Positions 63,983-64,000 of a stretch of 64,000 bases of DNA are shown piece after piece. Origin of the DNA: an uncultured delta proteobacterium (GTDB taxonomy: Bacteria; Desulfobacterota; Binatia; UBA9968); contig CAVWLW010000073.1 in assembly GCA_963755715.1 (NCBI GenBank), positions 97,152-161,151 of the forward strand, read 5' to 3'. How positions within the stretch are numbered: the stretch's first letter is position 1; each line of letters opens with the position of its first letter. The translations under genes were made by a program, and so were the position numbers. The notes under the pieces are model-generated. The model made no database searches, was not told the DNA's origin, and saw only the letters and a list, made by a program, of their open reading frames with translations.

Positions 63983-64000
63983 CTTCAACTCCAATCAAAT

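Noticed and set aside
1-64000. CRISPR array, tRNA/rRNA, integrase, transposase, prophage or defence genes
   Set aside because: I saw no regularly spaced repeat-spacer array and no recognisable motifs for these; the repeats found are regulatory sites, paralogous coding segments or REP-like elements.

Overview
Bacterial (diderm, moderately high-GC) accessory region with many single-base frameshifts, mostly at homopolymers and probably read errors, plus several real deletions. Left to right: the 5' part of a Tat-exported selenocysteine formate dehydrogenase alpha subunit; small secreted or membrane proteins; an MdtABC+NodT RND operon; a ~15.6 kb minus-strand signalling array (five sensor kinases plus a kinase fragment, an Rcp1-like receiver, a NodW/FixJ regulator, a stand-alone receiver and a REC-AAA+ sigma54 activator); a second RND operon; stress genes (DoxX, DedA, Cu/Zn and Fe/Mn SODs, DUF302, OsmC, SYLF protein); a partly decayed glycogen/pentose-phosphate cluster; SDRs, an acetolactate synthase-like enzyme, a truncated aldehyde dehydrogenase and an SrpA/cytochrome b561 pair. 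The main hidden structure is a cis-regulatory code read directly from the DNA. About 12 sigma54 -24/-12 promoters are present, ten of them served by eight copies of a tandem 16+2+16 bp enhancer-like motif ~60-140 bp away, and a separate conserved TATAC-N4-GTATA box lies upstream of both the kinase array and the receiver/activator genes. Inference: a self-contained multi-kinase -> NodW -> sigma54 activator cascade controlling efflux pumps, oxidative-stress enzymes and uncharacterised small proteins, including two paralogous secreted 'VIDYYGPC' proteins.
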